Counted from the first letter of the stretch, positions 1 to 9,396 are shown. The stretch: 64,000 nt of DNA from an uncultured Candidatus Saccharibacteria bacterium (GCA_964398775.1 CAYNND010000005.1:5266-69265), one strand, 5' to 3'. The notes: generated from the sequence alone by a model not told the origin. Numbers and translations: made by a program.

Positions 1-2
1 TC

Positions 3-167
3 GAGACACGAGAAGGACATGAAGCGCGAGCAAAGCAGCTTATGCTTGATATGGCACAGTTTGCAGAAGACCTATCGGACGCAGGTGTAAGCGGGGGAGA
101 TGCTTGGAAACGAGCACTTATACCACTTCGTGGACAGTATGGTTGGGTCGACAGAAAAGATAATTAA
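3..167 (+). CDS. C-terminal fragment of an upstream gene (hypothetical), open at the window edge
   Basis: Frame 3 is open from nt 3 to a TAA at 165-167 (…ARAKQLMLDMAQFAEDLSDAGVSGGDAWKRALIPLRGQYGWVDRKDN*). A strong hairpin terminator follows. No homology recognised. Confidence 0.3.
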   Translation, partial: ETREGHEARAKQLMLDMAQFAEDLSDAGVSGGDAWKRALIPLRGQYGWVDRKDN

Positions 168-220
168 ACTCTCCCGCCAACATTTCCGTAAGAACAATTC
201 TTACAGTTTCAAATATCAGC

Positions 221-254
221 AAAACACCTGGAAAAATAACTCCAGGTGTTTTTA
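221..254 (+). terminator. Rho-independent terminator for the upstream + strand gene
   Basis: 9-bp stem acacctgga / tccaggtgt with loop aaaataac, followed by a tttt run. Confidence 0.55.
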
Positions 255-416
255 CATATGCTCGAAAATGTCTTCATATTCGACCTCTGAACCCCTCAAG
301 GGAAGGCTAGATTTAAATGCCTACAACGTCGCACAATATATCTTTTGCGACGTTATAATGTAGAAAAGGGGGCTTAGACGCGTGCCTTGGTCTTGACATG
401 GATGGATATCTGAGCA

Positions 417-450
417 AAAAAATAACCACTCATGTGAGTGGTTATTTCTT
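417..450 (-). terminator. Bidirectional hairpin terminator downstream of the pilin gene
   Basis: Perfect 12-bp stem aaataaccactc / gagtggttattt with loop atgt. It has an A-run on one side and a T-run on the other; on the minus-strand RNA the stem is followed by UUUUUUU. Confidence 0.65.
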
Positions 451-468
451 GAAAATATTTTCTATGTT

Positions 469-966
469 CTATATGCCAGACACTTTGAGTACGTTCCCTG
501 TTCCTACTGCTGTAGAGGCGTTGTAGCCAGTGATACCGTCTATACCGTCGGTTACGTCTGTTGAAACTGTTCCTGAGCAGCCATCCTTTGATCCTGGGGT
601 TCCTTCAAGAACTGCACCTAGGCAGTATGATTCTGCGGCACCTGCGTACCAGTACTGTCTGTCTGTTGCTGCAGGAGACGCTGGAGCTGATGGATCCTTC
701 GGGATGTAGCTCATGAAGCTGGTGATTTGTGATGATGAGACGACCACCTCCGCACCTGAGGTTGTCAAAGGATAAGTCTTGTTGGCATCGAAGAGCAGCT
801 CAAGTGCTGTCTGCATTGCCTTCAAGTCCTGCATTCGTCGTGCGTCACGACTTTTCTTTCGTGCTGAGTTCATTGACGCGAGAACTACTGAGGACAGTAT
901 TCCGATAATTGCGATAACTACAAGCAGCTCAATGAGTGTAAAACCTTTTTGTTGTGTTGTGTGCAT
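469..966 (-). CDS. Type IV pilin / pseudopilin with prepilin N-terminal cleavage-methylation motif
   Basis: N-terminus MHTTQQKGFTLIELLVVIAIIGILSSVVLAS: class III signal G|FTLIE plus hydrophobic helix. C-terminal Cys pair. Confidence 0.85.
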   Translation of the reverse strand: MHTTQQKGFTLIELLVVIAIIGILSSVVLASMNSARKKSRDARRMQDLKAMQTALELLFDANKTYPLTTSGAEVVVSSSQITSFMSYIPKDPSAPASPAATDRQYWYAGAAESYCLGAVLEGTPGSKDGCSGTVSTDVTDGIDGITGYNASTAVGTGNVLKVSGI

Positions 967-1086
967 AGTATATATATACGAATAAATTACCCTTACATCA
1001 CCTTATGGGTCCTCTGATTTTATCATATGTCATTAAATTCGGTCGTCTCGAATGTATCTTCTTGTTGAAAACTTGCCCGGTTACTT

Positions 1087-2325
1087 TTACGTAACTTCCC
1101 CTAAGTATGGCAATGGGAGTCCGTAGATATACGGATCATGACTATCACGGTCCTCGCGCCGTTTACTGCGATACTCAGTCGACCGTAAACTTGATCCAAG
1201 CATCACAATAGATGTCCCATACAGGCCTTTTAGTTTCTGGACCGCCTCTGAGATGCGATGAGAGGTATCTAGGTACGTTGCGTTTTCCCCAAACAGGTCA
1301 TTTGGTACAAGGCTTGTTGGTATGCACCTATGTACAGTGATACCTGTTGCCTTATATGCAGTACCAGCCTTGTAAAGACTATTAAACAAAGGTTCTATGG
1401 AGCGTATAAGTATCCGTGGATCCTGAGTATGATGTGATAAATCACATTCTGCATATCTACGACCAAGCGCGGTCTTGAGGAATATGCTCGCATGCACTCC
1501 TGCGACTTTGAGGTCATGCATACGCTCACTCACCACCTCCACATTCTTAGAAAGTTCAGAAAAAACGAACGAACGTTCTTTCGAATATGATCCAAATGAC
1601 CGTGTGGATTCTACTGACTTTTGGTAGTCGCGTGTCGGGTTTATGGTAAAGCGATTATATCCTCTGAGTTCATCCTGTAGTTCAAGTACTCCTTTTACAT
1701 CAAGACCATCGAGCGCATTCCGCGTGGCGTCGCGAAATGCACGTGCCGTATATATACCTCGCTGCTGCAGCTTCGGTCCAAGTGCCCTCCCTATCCCCCA
1801 CACGTCATGGACCGAAATGGTCTCAAGGAATGCTGTCTCGCGCTCTTCCGGTATGTACGTAAGTCCGTACGGCTTCTTGTGTTTTGAGCCGAGTTTTGCG
1901 AGCGCCTTGGTGCGTCCTATGCCACATGAGTATGTGACGCCGAGACTTGCAAGTATTTCTTTTTGAATTTTCGCCACATACGAGACAAGGTCTGATTCAG
2001 CCACGTGAAAAAGGTCTACAAAGCATTCGTCAATACTGTATCGTTCGACAATAGGACTGTATTTTTTGAGTATAGTGTAGCAGTTCTGTGATATGTGCTC
2101 ATAGAGGTCAAAGTGAGATGGCACAACTGCAACACTACCCCCATGCAGCTCTCGTATTTGAAATATCGGCATGCCGCGAACTATTCCTGCCTTCTTAGCT
2201 TCTTGATTCATGGCTGTTGCGATACCACGTTCCTCACCGACGACTACAGGCTTACCGCGCAAATCACGTCTGCGCAGAAGCTCGCAGGCGGCAAAAAATC
2301 CATCACCATCAAGATGAAGTATCAT
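1087..2325 (-). CDS. dinB: Y-family DNA polymerase IV (DinB/DinP-like)
   Basis: MILHLDGDGFFAACE… start typical of the Y-family (DMDxFFA), palm/fingers motifs (SIDECFVDL). ATGA start-stop overlap with upstream lexA. Confidence 0.85.
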   Translation of the reverse strand: MILHLDGDGFFAACELLRRRDLRGKPVVVGEERGIATAMNQEAKKAGIVRGMPIFQIRELHGGSVAVVPSHFDLYEHISQNCYTILKKYSPIVERYSIDECFVDLFHVAESDLVSYVAKIQKEILASLGVTYSCGIGRTKALAKLGSKHKKPYGLTYIPEERETAFLETISVHDVWGIGRALGPKLQQRGIYTARAFRDATRNALDGLDVKGVLELQDELRGYNRFTINPTRDYQKSVESTRSFGSYSKERSFVFSELSKNVEVVSERMHDLKVAGVHASIFLKTALGRRYAECDLSHHTQDPRILIRSIEPLFNSLYKAGTAYKATGITVHRCIPTSLVPNDLFGENATYLDTSHRISEAVQKLKGLYGTSIVMLGSSLRSTEYRSKRREDRDSHDPYIYGLPLPYLGEVT

Positions 2326-2327
2326 GA

Positions 2328-2987
2328 TTAATATTTTCGTATAACACCTCGCACAATTGCTGCGATACTCAGTTTTTCTTTTGGACGGAGGTCAGGGTAC
2401 TCGTCGTTTGCAGCTTCAAGATAGTAGCCCTTGCTGTTGCGGCGTAGATACTTGAGGGTCCAGTCACCATCTATCTCAGCGACGACAATAGAGCCTACAG
2501 GAGCGGTGTTTGCGCGCTCTGCGATGACCATATCACCATCGTTAATACCTGCATCTTTCATAGAATGGCCTTTCACTTTAAGCATAAAAGAAGCTTCACG
2601 TTTTGGAATGAGCCATTCATCAAGTGAGATACTCTCAAGGAGTGATTCTTCTGCAGGTGTCGGGAAACCAGCTTCTATAAGTCCGAGCACTTTCAGTTCA
2701 GCAATTGGTGATTTTTGTGACGTTTTGTGTGCGTGCGAAACGCTGTGTACCAATGGTGATTTTTGAGCTGTTGTTTTTGGTATGAGTTTGCCTGCTGAGT
2801 CACGTTCGAGGAACCCTAAAACAATGAGCTCACGAATGTAGCGGTACGCAGTGTCTTTAGACTTCACACCAAGAACTTTTACAGCTTCTTGGTATGAAGG
2901 CATGCGACGATGCATTTGATAAAACGCATCGAGTTTTCTAAACCGATCAGTACTTTCCTGACTTTTCATTATCGCCTTGCGGGGCAT
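2328..2987 (-). CDS. lexA: LexA-like SOS repressor (wHTH + S24 peptidase)
   Basis: N-terminal wHTH; C-terminal S24 motifs GHSMKDAGINDGDMVIAE…VAEIDGDWTLKYL (Ser-Lys dyad region). Confidence 0.85.
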   Translation of the reverse strand: MPRKAIMKSQESTDRFRKLDAFYQMHRRMPSYQEAVKVLGVKSKDTAYRYIRELIVLGFLERDSAGKLIPKTTAQKSPLVHSVSHAHKTSQKSPIAELKVLGLIEAGFPTPAEESLLESISLDEWLIPKREASFMLKVKGHSMKDAGINDGDMVIAERANTAPVGSIVVAEIDGDWTLKYLRRNSKGYYLEAANDEYPDLRPKEKLSIAAIVRGVIRKY

Positions 2988-3000
2988 GTCTTGAGTGTAT

Positions 3001-3014
3001 CGAACGAACGTTCT
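3001..3014. promoter_or_regulatory. Cheo-type LexA operator (CGAACGAACGTTCT), 14-27 bp upstream of lexA start
   Basis: Matches the Gram-positive SOS box consensus CGAACRNRYGTTYC (GAAC-N4-GTTC palindrome). Positioned in the lexA promoter region. Confidence 0.6.
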
Positions 3015-3062
3015 TTATACAAGATACTAAAAAAGGAAGTTGTGTATAAGTATGGAGGCCAC

Positions 3063-3377
3063 TTAGTTATGCATGTGTACGTGGTTTTCGCCCCACAGAG
3101 TATCTTGTTCAGCAGGGGTGAGGGCGCGGATGCCGACAGCAGTGAGTGCAGTATTGAGCTCCGAGAGTAGGTTTTCGCGTACCTGAGGTGTAGCACCGCT
3201 TTGCGCTGAGCTTATGACGTCGCGAAGTGCCTTGTGTGCACGATTGCCTTTCTCATCAGCGCGGAGTGAGCGTATGGTTCCCATAAGAGCAGCAGTACTA
3301 GGAGCGTTCACATGTTCAGAACGAACATCAGTTCTATTAGTAACAAAACGTTTGATTCTTTCCGTAAGTCCTCCCAT
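3063..3377 (-). CDS. Hypothetical protein (104 aa)
   Basis: ORF between the helicase and the lexA promoter; no recognisable motif. Confidence 0.35.
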   Translation of the reverse strand: MGGLTERIKRFVTNRTDVRSEHVNAPSTAALMGTIRSLRADEKGNRAHKALRDVISSAQSGATPQVRENLLSELNTALTAVGIRALTPAEQDTLWGENHVHMHN

Positions 3378-3404
3378 ATGTGACTATTGTAATATGTATA
3401 AACA

Positions 3405-5117
3405 CTAGCGCAAGCAACGAAGTAGTCGGGCAATGCGAATATCATCGAAGGTGCATTCAGTCTTCCGTTCTTCAAGGTATGACTTTATAGGGGTCAATTT
3501 AAGCCCTATCCCCTCCCCTGCGTCGCCTGTTTTCTCAATGGCATCACATGCAGACAAGATTTTCTTTAGCAGCGGGGGTCGTACTAAGCCCGCAAAGTGT
3601 TTTTTAGGGATATGCTCTCCAGCTGCTGCGGCCTTTTCGAGATGGTTCATAACAGTACCAGGAGTAAGTTCAAGTGCAGTAGCGATTGCAGTAATGCTGT
3701 TGCCCTGTAGGAATCTCTCAAGTGTCTCTCTCCAAGATTCACCACGAGCTCGAGTTATCTTTCTCCGCTTCGATTTTTCTTGATTTACAACTTTTATAGA
3801 GCCGCCCGAGTCATGTATAAAACGTTCATGTTTTGCGCGAATCTCAGTTTTTGAAAGAGCTTGAATGCGCGCTTCTGCATTGCGAGACATCTGCTGCAAT
3901 TTTGCATCAAACGAGACAACTCGTGGGTGCATGCGGAGCGCGTCTCGTGAAAAGCCGGTGAGTGTGAGCCCTGCAAGTGTACGCACACGAGATAGTGCAA
4001 CATATCCCATACCTGGGGCAAATGCGCGTGAAATATCTATGATTGCCGCATCAAGACTCATGCCCTGGCTTTTATGCACTGTGATTGCCCAGGCAAGTCT
4101 GAGAGGTAGCTGAGTGATACTTGCAACTACTTTGCCATTATCATTCTCCAGAGACCATTCTGTGGCTTCTACGAGCATCTGTGAGCCTGATGCGGTCCGA
4201 ACTTGAGGGAATCCCTGCGGTGAGAAGCCTATGACCTCTCCCCGAGTACCATTTACATACCCTTTCTCAGGGTTGTTTTTTACAAAGAGTACTTGTGCAC
4301 CCTCCTTAAGGGTAAGTCGTTCTGGTGCGAGACATCCCTTCTTCAGGGCCTCGACGTGGTGCTCTTTCCCGTGCGTATGCATGGTGTACGACTCAACTCT
4401 ACCACCAAGGGAAGACAGTTTCTTTTCATTCTCTCCATCGACATCGACATTATGTGTGTAGATACGAGTAATAGTTTCATCAAGTTCTATGGTCGTGTCA
4501 TCTTGATGACGTTCCTGTAGGACTGTAAGGTGATCATCGGTAAGAGTCTGCGAACGAAGTGCATTGAGAATTTCAATGAAAGTTCCATCTTGCTGTCTGA
4601 ATTGCTCTTTCAAATAGCAGACTGCTGGTTTGAGCTCTGCCCATGCTTTTGCATCTATCGCGAGTGATTCCTGCCCGCGTGTGACTGGTGGCAACTGAAA
4701 AAGGTCTCCGCAAAACACAACTTGCATACCACCAAATGGTTTCTCATTTCTTCGCATGTGTTTCGCAAGTTTGTTCAATGTATCGAGGAACATTCCAGAG
4801 AGCATAGATATTTCATCGATGATGAGCACGTGGGTTCGCTGATACCGGTCCCAGAGTGCTTTCCTCGACTCAAGAGCATCCATTTCGTATTCATTGAGTC
4901 CATCTTTTGCTCCGACACCTGACCAAGAGTGTATTGTCACACCCCCAATGTGTGTTGCTGCAATTCCTGTCGATGCAGTAATTGCATGCGCGATGTCATG
5001 TTCTTTTAAATAATCTATGTACGCACGAAGTGTGTGACTTTTCCCTGTACCTGCACCGCCCGTCAAAAAAACGCTCGTGCCAAGTTTCAGTATGTCGAGC
5101 GCATCCTTCTGCAACAT
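3405..5117 (-). CDS. PIF1/RecD-like superfamily-1 DNA helicase with C-terminal HTH-like extension
   Basis: Walker A GGAGTGKSH right at the N-terminus, AAA_30 / UvrD_C_2-like motifs (…VHKSQGMS…), about 120-aa C-terminal extension. Confidence 0.75.
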   Translation of the reverse strand: MLQKDALDILKLGTSVFLTGGAGTGKSHTLRAYIDYLKEHDIAHAITASTGIAATHIGGVTIHSWSGVGAKDGLNEYEMDALESRKALWDRYQRTHVLIIDEISMLSGMFLDTLNKLAKHMRRNEKPFGGMQVVFCGDLFQLPPVTRGQESLAIDAKAWAELKPAVCYLKEQFRQQDGTFIEILNALRSQTLTDDHLTVLQERHQDDTTIELDETITRIYTHNVDVDGENEKKLSSLGGRVESYTMHTHGKEHHVEALKKGCLAPERLTLKEGAQVLFVKNNPEKGYVNGTRGEVIGFSPQGFPQVRTASGSQMLVEATEWSLENDNGKVVASITQLPLRLAWAITVHKSQGMSLDAAIIDISRAFAPGMGYVALSRVRTLAGLTLTGFSRDALRMHPRVVSFDAKLQQMSRNAEARIQALSKTEIRAKHERFIHDSGGSIKVVNQEKSKRRKITRARGESWRETLERFLQGNSITAIATALELTPGTVMNHLEKAAAAGEHIPKKHFAGLVRPPLLKKILSACDAIEKTGDAGEGIGLKLTPIKSYLEERKTECTFDDIRIARLLRCLR

Positions 5118-5160
5118 GAGAGGAGCATATCATACTCGACTAGTTTCTGTGATGTGAAAA

Positions 5161-5691
5161 ATGTCGTATGATTTGCTTATGGACCCACACCAAGATGGAC
5201 CGAGAGTATCAACAATTATTTCGCTGCTAGCAGCGCTCATCATTTTTGGCGGACTATACATTATTATTCCGCGGTATCTTGAGCAGAAGCCGATTGTAGA
5301 GACGGAGCAGCTCGTTCATGTACAAGATGAGGCAAGCCCATTACCGACACGAGAACATGACCAGCAAGGTCTCGCACCTACACCAACGACAGACCGTTTC
5401 AGCGCATTGTTTGCAGCTGTGGAGCGAAGTATGCAGCTTGAGCATTGTCAAAATTTTGCTCAAGCTGACTATCTTGCAGCGTGGCTTTCAACATGCAGTA
5501 AAAAGTCTATGGTTTCAGATGCGTGCGCTGCAGAGCTCACAGCAATACAAAACTCAAGCCCAGTCGATATGCAGCGTCTGAGTCGTGCTATGAGTACTAC
5601 CTGCACATGCGCGCTAACACAATCTGAAGCCCGAGCTACAGAAGATATGCTCAAGCGCTCTCAGAATATCTGCCAGCAAAAATACAAATAG
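5161..5691 (+). CDS. Hypothetical membrane-anchored Cys-rich protein
   Basis: Single N-terminal TM (IISLLAALIIFGGLYIII), Cys-rich C-terminal region. Confidence 0.4.
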   Translation: MSYDLLMDPHQDGPRVSTIISLLAALIIFGGLYIIIPRYLEQKPIVETEQLVHVQDEASPLPTREHDQQGLAPTPTTDRFSALFAAVERSMQLEHCQNFAQADYLAAWLSTCSKKSMVSDACAAELTAIQNSSPVDMQRLSRAMSTTCTCALTQSEARATEDMLKRSQNICQQKYK

Positions 5692-5695
5692 GTGC

Positions 5696-6463
5696 TTATA
5701 CAAGCTTCCTCGCGCGCATCATCGGATGGAGGACTTCTTCATCATATCTTTTAAAGATATAGCGATATCCTGCGTCACTTGGGTGATATCCATCAGCTGA
5801 AAAATATATATCTGGGTGACGCTTGAAAGGATCCTCGTGATTATCTTTCATGATGTGCAGAAATGAAACGTGCTGACCCACAAACTGATGCTTGAGAATT
5901 TTTTGTGCGCGTGTATTCACCCATGAAATCACTTTCCGCACTTTTTTTGTAATGATAGGCACCATGTCGGGATCACCGATTGCCCAGCAAATCTCATCCG
6001 AGCGTGCTTCGAGAAGCTCTGCTATATGCTTCAGTTTTTTTGTGAAATGGAAGAGGTGGAGATGGACAATGTCATTTGCACCAATGAACAAGAGTGTTGT
6101 ATCAAAATGTTCTTCCGCTGGGATATGTGATAGTAGTTGAGGTATGTCTGTTGTTTTCGCTCCAAACTTCCCTATGACACGCACGTACACTTTGTCTTTA
6201 TAGGTATCCACGACTCTGCGATGGAGCTTTGCTTCATGAGTTTTTGCGCCACAAGAAAGTGACATCGAATCGCCGATAATAAGTATTTTCATAGGCGCAA
6301 ATGGGTTGCCTACGACTGCCTGCACAACATTGTCAGAAAATGCAGTGTCTTCTGGGTCAACACTGAGGATGTGCTTGTAGAGATGATACATGAAGGCTTC
6401 AGTGTAGAAGCGGTTGTATTCAAGCGACAAGCCAAAGAGTGATAGTGCGAGCAATTGCCACAT
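5696..6463 (-). CDS. SGNH/GDSL-family hydrolase (esterase/lipase-like)
   Basis: KILIIGDSMS block I (GDS), GANDI block III, C-terminal DGYHPS (D-x-x-H) block V. Confidence 0.7.
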   Translation of the reverse strand: MWQLLALSLFGLSLEYNRFYTEAFMYHLYKHILSVDPEDTAFSDNVVQAVVGNPFAPMKILIIGDSMSLSCGAKTHEAKLHRRVVDTYKDKVYVRVIGKFGAKTTDIPQLLSHIPAEEHFDTTLLFIGANDIVHLHLFHFTKKLKHIAELLEARSDEICWAIGDPDMVPIITKKVRKVISWVNTRAQKILKHQFVGQHVSFLHIMKDNHEDPFKRHPDIYFSADGYHPSDAGYRYIFKRYDEEVLHPMMRARKLV

Positions 6464-6516
6464 AGCAACATCATAGCCTCATTTTGAGGCCTGACGTGTC
6501 TTGCTGTGGACAAAGT

Positions 6517-7944
6517 TTAGAGATACTCAAGTGGATTCAGATATCCACTCCATGCAGATACTGGCACAGCAACGTTTCTACACGGGCTTGATGAGCGAAC
6601 ATCACCCATTTTTACTACTTTGACGGCATCAGCTGCGTAGACTGTAAAGTGGAGGTGTGGACCGGTCGAGTAGCCAGTGTTCCCTGAATATCCAATAACT
6701 TCACCTGTTGTAACTGATTGCCCCGCTGAGACGTTTATTACTGAAAGGTGGCCATAGAGTGTTGCGAGACCGTTCGGGTGTCTGAGAAGCACGTACTTTC
6801 CGTATGAGTAACAGCCTCGAGCGACATCTGTGTTCCCAGTTGCAAGTACTGTTCCAGTTAAGGCTGCTTTTACTGGTGTTCCAACTGACGCTTGGAAGTC
6901 AACACCGTTGTGTCCTTTCCCGCCGTATGCTCCGCTTTTTGCAAAAGCAGTTGTACCAAATTTCTGTGTGATTCGTACTTTATCGAGTGGCCAAGTAAGA
7001 ATTCCCTTTCCTGCGGATGGAATCTTTGTTCTGTCGAGAACGTAGCGCAACTGCGACTCATAGCTCGCCATTTCTGCCTCGAAGGCTGCCTTTGCTTTTT
7101 TCTTTTCTGCAAGAATTCTTTGGTATTCTGATTCTTGGTTCTTTGTTTGAGCAAGTATTGTAGTCTTTGTTGCTCGAGTGATATCAAGTGACTGTTTCTG
7201 CACCAGGTAGTTTTTCTGCTGCTTCGCGAGAGTCACTTTTTGATTTTCATTTGCAGCTTTCAGTGTCTCAATAGCTTTTCTTTCTTTGCGAAGGAGTTCA
7301 ACTCGGGCCTGTACTGTTTGTTGCACATCTCGCAGGTTCTCAATGTTGTTGATGGTAGTAGATAGTGTGCCATTTCGCAAAAAGTTCTCCATGAAAGATG
7401 TGTCTTCTGTTGAATCTACAGAGCGTATTGTTTCAGCCGTTGCTGCAATCATACGCTTCAGTGCCTCAGAACGTGTACCCACCTCCTTTGTTAGCGATTG
7501 GATGCGCTCCTCGGCATCACCGATGCGCTCCTTGGTCAGAGCAATATTAGCCGTTGTGCGCTTTCTATTCAGGTCAAGCTCGTAGATTGTGTTTGTGAGT
7601 GTTCGCTTCTGTGCACTCACGGTGTTTAGTTCTTTTTGGTATTTTGAAATTTCAGTTTCAAGTTTGTTTATTTCTTTTGCGCGCGAGTTTATCTGTAACC
7701 TTAAGATTTCAGCGTTAGCACGTTCTTTCGCTGCCTCCTCTTCTTGTATACGTCGCGATTCTGCTGCAGCACGTTCTTCGGCGGCACGTGTCGCTGCATC
7801 CTCTGGGCTTTCCTCTTGGGCATACACGACAAATGAAGATGCAGATGCAGCACATATCAGCGTCAAAAAAAGTAGTGCAAAACGTCGTTTCAGCATTCCC
7901 TTAGTATACAGGATGCGGGTCTTACTGTTGAGCGTTTTCAACAC
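6517..7944 (-). CDS. Secreted M23 (LytM-type) peptidase with long N-terminal coiled coil (EnvC-like architecture)
   Basis: Signal/TM segment, about 250 aa of heptad-rich coiled coil. C-terminal M23 motifs HNGVDF…YGHLS…GYSGNTGYSTGPHLHF (HxxxD and HxH intact). Confidence 0.8.
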   Translation of the reverse strand: MLKTLNSKTRILYTKGMLKRRFALLFLTLICAASASSFVVYAQEESPEDAATRAAEERAAAESRRIQEEEAAKERANAEILRLQINSRAKEINKLETEISKYQKELNTVSAQKRTLTNTIYELDLNRKRTTANIALTKERIGDAEERIQSLTKEVGTRSEALKRMIAATAETIRSVDSTEDTSFMENFLRNGTLSTTINNIENLRDVQQTVQARVELLRKERKAIETLKAANENQKVTLAKQQKNYLVQKQSLDITRATKTTILAQTKNQESEYQRILAEKKKAKAAFEAEMASYESQLRYVLDRTKIPSAGKGILTWPLDKVRITQKFGTTAFAKSGAYGGKGHNGVDFQASVGTPVKAALTGTVLATGNTDVARGCYSYGKYVLLRHPNGLATLYGHLSVINVSAGQSVTTGEVIGYSGNTGYSTGPHLHFTVYAADAVKVVKMGDVRSSSPCRNVAVPVSAWSGYLNPLEYL

Positions 7945-9355
7945 GCTTTAAAGTTTCTTCCTTGCCGATGATTGCGGCTACAGTAAATGGATCTGGAGAT
8001 TTCTCCTTGCCTGTGAGGGCAACGCGTAGGGGCCAGAGGACGGCACCTCTACCTTTTTCTTCTGCATACCCCCACAGGGCATTCTTTACTGTCTCAGCAT
8101 CCCAAGTGTCACTCGTACTATTAAGGAGGTTGTAGACGTTCTTCAGGTGCTCCCGTGTTTCCTCAAGTGTTCCCTTTTTGGGAACTATAATTGCCGAGAC
8201 ATTACCTGGTGTTTCTGTAAAAAAGTCATAGTCTCCTGCTGCGCACTGCTCTCGTATATCTGAAAATACCTGTGCTCTGTCTTTTGCGAGTGGAATTATT
8301 TTTTCAATAAGCGATTCATGAGTTCGAAGTGTGTCGCTGAAAAATGGCAGTGCGAGTTTTGTGAATGTTGCGCGGTCAGTATCATACAACTTGAGCATAT
8401 ACTCTCGGTTGTACCATTTCAATTTATCTTCATTGAGTACCGCTCCGTGTGTCTGTATTCCATCAATAGAAAATGCACTCACTAGCTCATCTCTTGAGAA
8501 AAGCTCTTGCTCGGTGCCTGGATTCCATCCGATGAATGCAAGGAAGTTAATCATCGCCTCAGGAAGGTATCCTTCAGTTCGATACTCGAGGACATCTTTT
8601 GCCCCATCACGTTTGCCGAGCTTCTTTGTCTTGTCTTCACGAAGTATTGGTGGAAGTGTAACGAGCTTTGGCTGCGGTATACCAAGCGCTTCGTACAAAC
8701 TGAGAAATTTTGGTGTGCTTGAGATAAATTCATCTGCACGCATGATATGTGTCACACCCATGTTGTAATCATCAACGATGTGCGCAAAATTGTACGTCGG
8801 GTAGCCGTCCGCCTTAATCAAGATGAAATCATCCAGTGCCTCCTCTCCTGCTTCGAGGTCTCCTCGTACTTCATCATGCCATTTCATGCGCTTTACTTCC
8901 GGTACGCGAAAGCGAAGTGGTCGCTTTCCATCCCAGATACCGGGATTCACTGGTCGATGTTCACGAAACAAAAATGGTCGTTTCTCGTTTTGCGCCTTGC
9001 GTCGAAATGCATCTACCTCTTCTGCACTATATGGGTCAGCGTATGCATATCCTTTCTTTATAAGTAGTTCCGCCATTTCTCTATATGTACTAAGGCGCTC
9101 AGACTGGATAGCTGAGCCGAATGGGTTGTGCATGTCTGGTCCGAAGTCCCACTGGAGTCCGAGCCATGTAAGCGTTTCTTGGATGTGCGCAATCGAGCCA
9201 GGCACTTCACGTTCTTTGTCCGTGTCTTCAATGCGGAGTATAAAAGTACCACCTTCTTTTCGAGCGAGTAGCCATGCAAATAGAGCAGTTCTGAGACCTC
9301 CAATATGCATGAAGCCAGTAGGGCTAGGGGCAAAACGTGTGACAACCTTAGACAT
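7922..9355 (-). CDS. gltX: Glutamyl-tRNA synthetase
   Basis: RFAPSPTGFMHIGGLRTALF (HIGH region), KKLGKRDG (KLSKR-type motif). The ORF is open to 9391; the likely start is MSKVV at 9355. Confidence 0.9.
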   Translation of the reverse strand: MSKVVTRFAPSPTGFMHIGGLRTALFAWLLARKEGGTFILRIEDTDKEREVPGSIAHIQETLTWLGLQWDFGPDMHNPFGSAIQSERLSTYREMAELLIKKGYAYADPYSAEEVDAFRRKAQNEKRPFLFREHRPVNPGIWDGKRPLRFRVPEVKRMKWHDEVRGDLEAGEEALDDFILIKADGYPTYNFAHIVDDYNMGVTHIMRADEFISSTPKFLSLYEALGIPQPKLVTLPPILREDKTKKLGKRDGAKDVLEYRTEGYLPEAMINFLAFIGWNPGTEQELFSRDELVSAFSIDGIQTHGAVLNEDKLKWYNREYMLKLYDTDRATFTKLALPFFSDTLRTHESLIEKIIPLAKDRAQVFSDIREQCAAGDYDFFTETPGNVSAIIVPKKGTLEETREHLKNVYNLLNSTSDTWDAETVKNALWGYAEEKGRGAVLWPLRVALTGKEKSPDPFTVAAIIGKEETLKRVENAQQ

Positions 9356-9396
9356 GTTCGCGAGTGTATACCGATTAATATGCTTGAGCAACCAGG

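Noticed and set aside
100-363. 87-aa + strand ORF from the six-frame track
   Set aside because: It overlaps the real upstream gene end (frame 3, stop at 165-167) and contains the hairpin terminator at 221-254; no motif. It is probably spurious.
1643-1966. Antisense ORFs embedded in dinB (1643..1966 and 2095..2331), and similar antisense ORFs inside gltX (8823..9431), mraY (12086..12406, 12117..12374), leuS (41112..41366, 42119..42484) and atpD (55929..56336)
   Set aside because: They lie entirely within strongly supported genes on the opposite strand and have low-complexity or Ser/Cys-rich composition typical of antisense frames.
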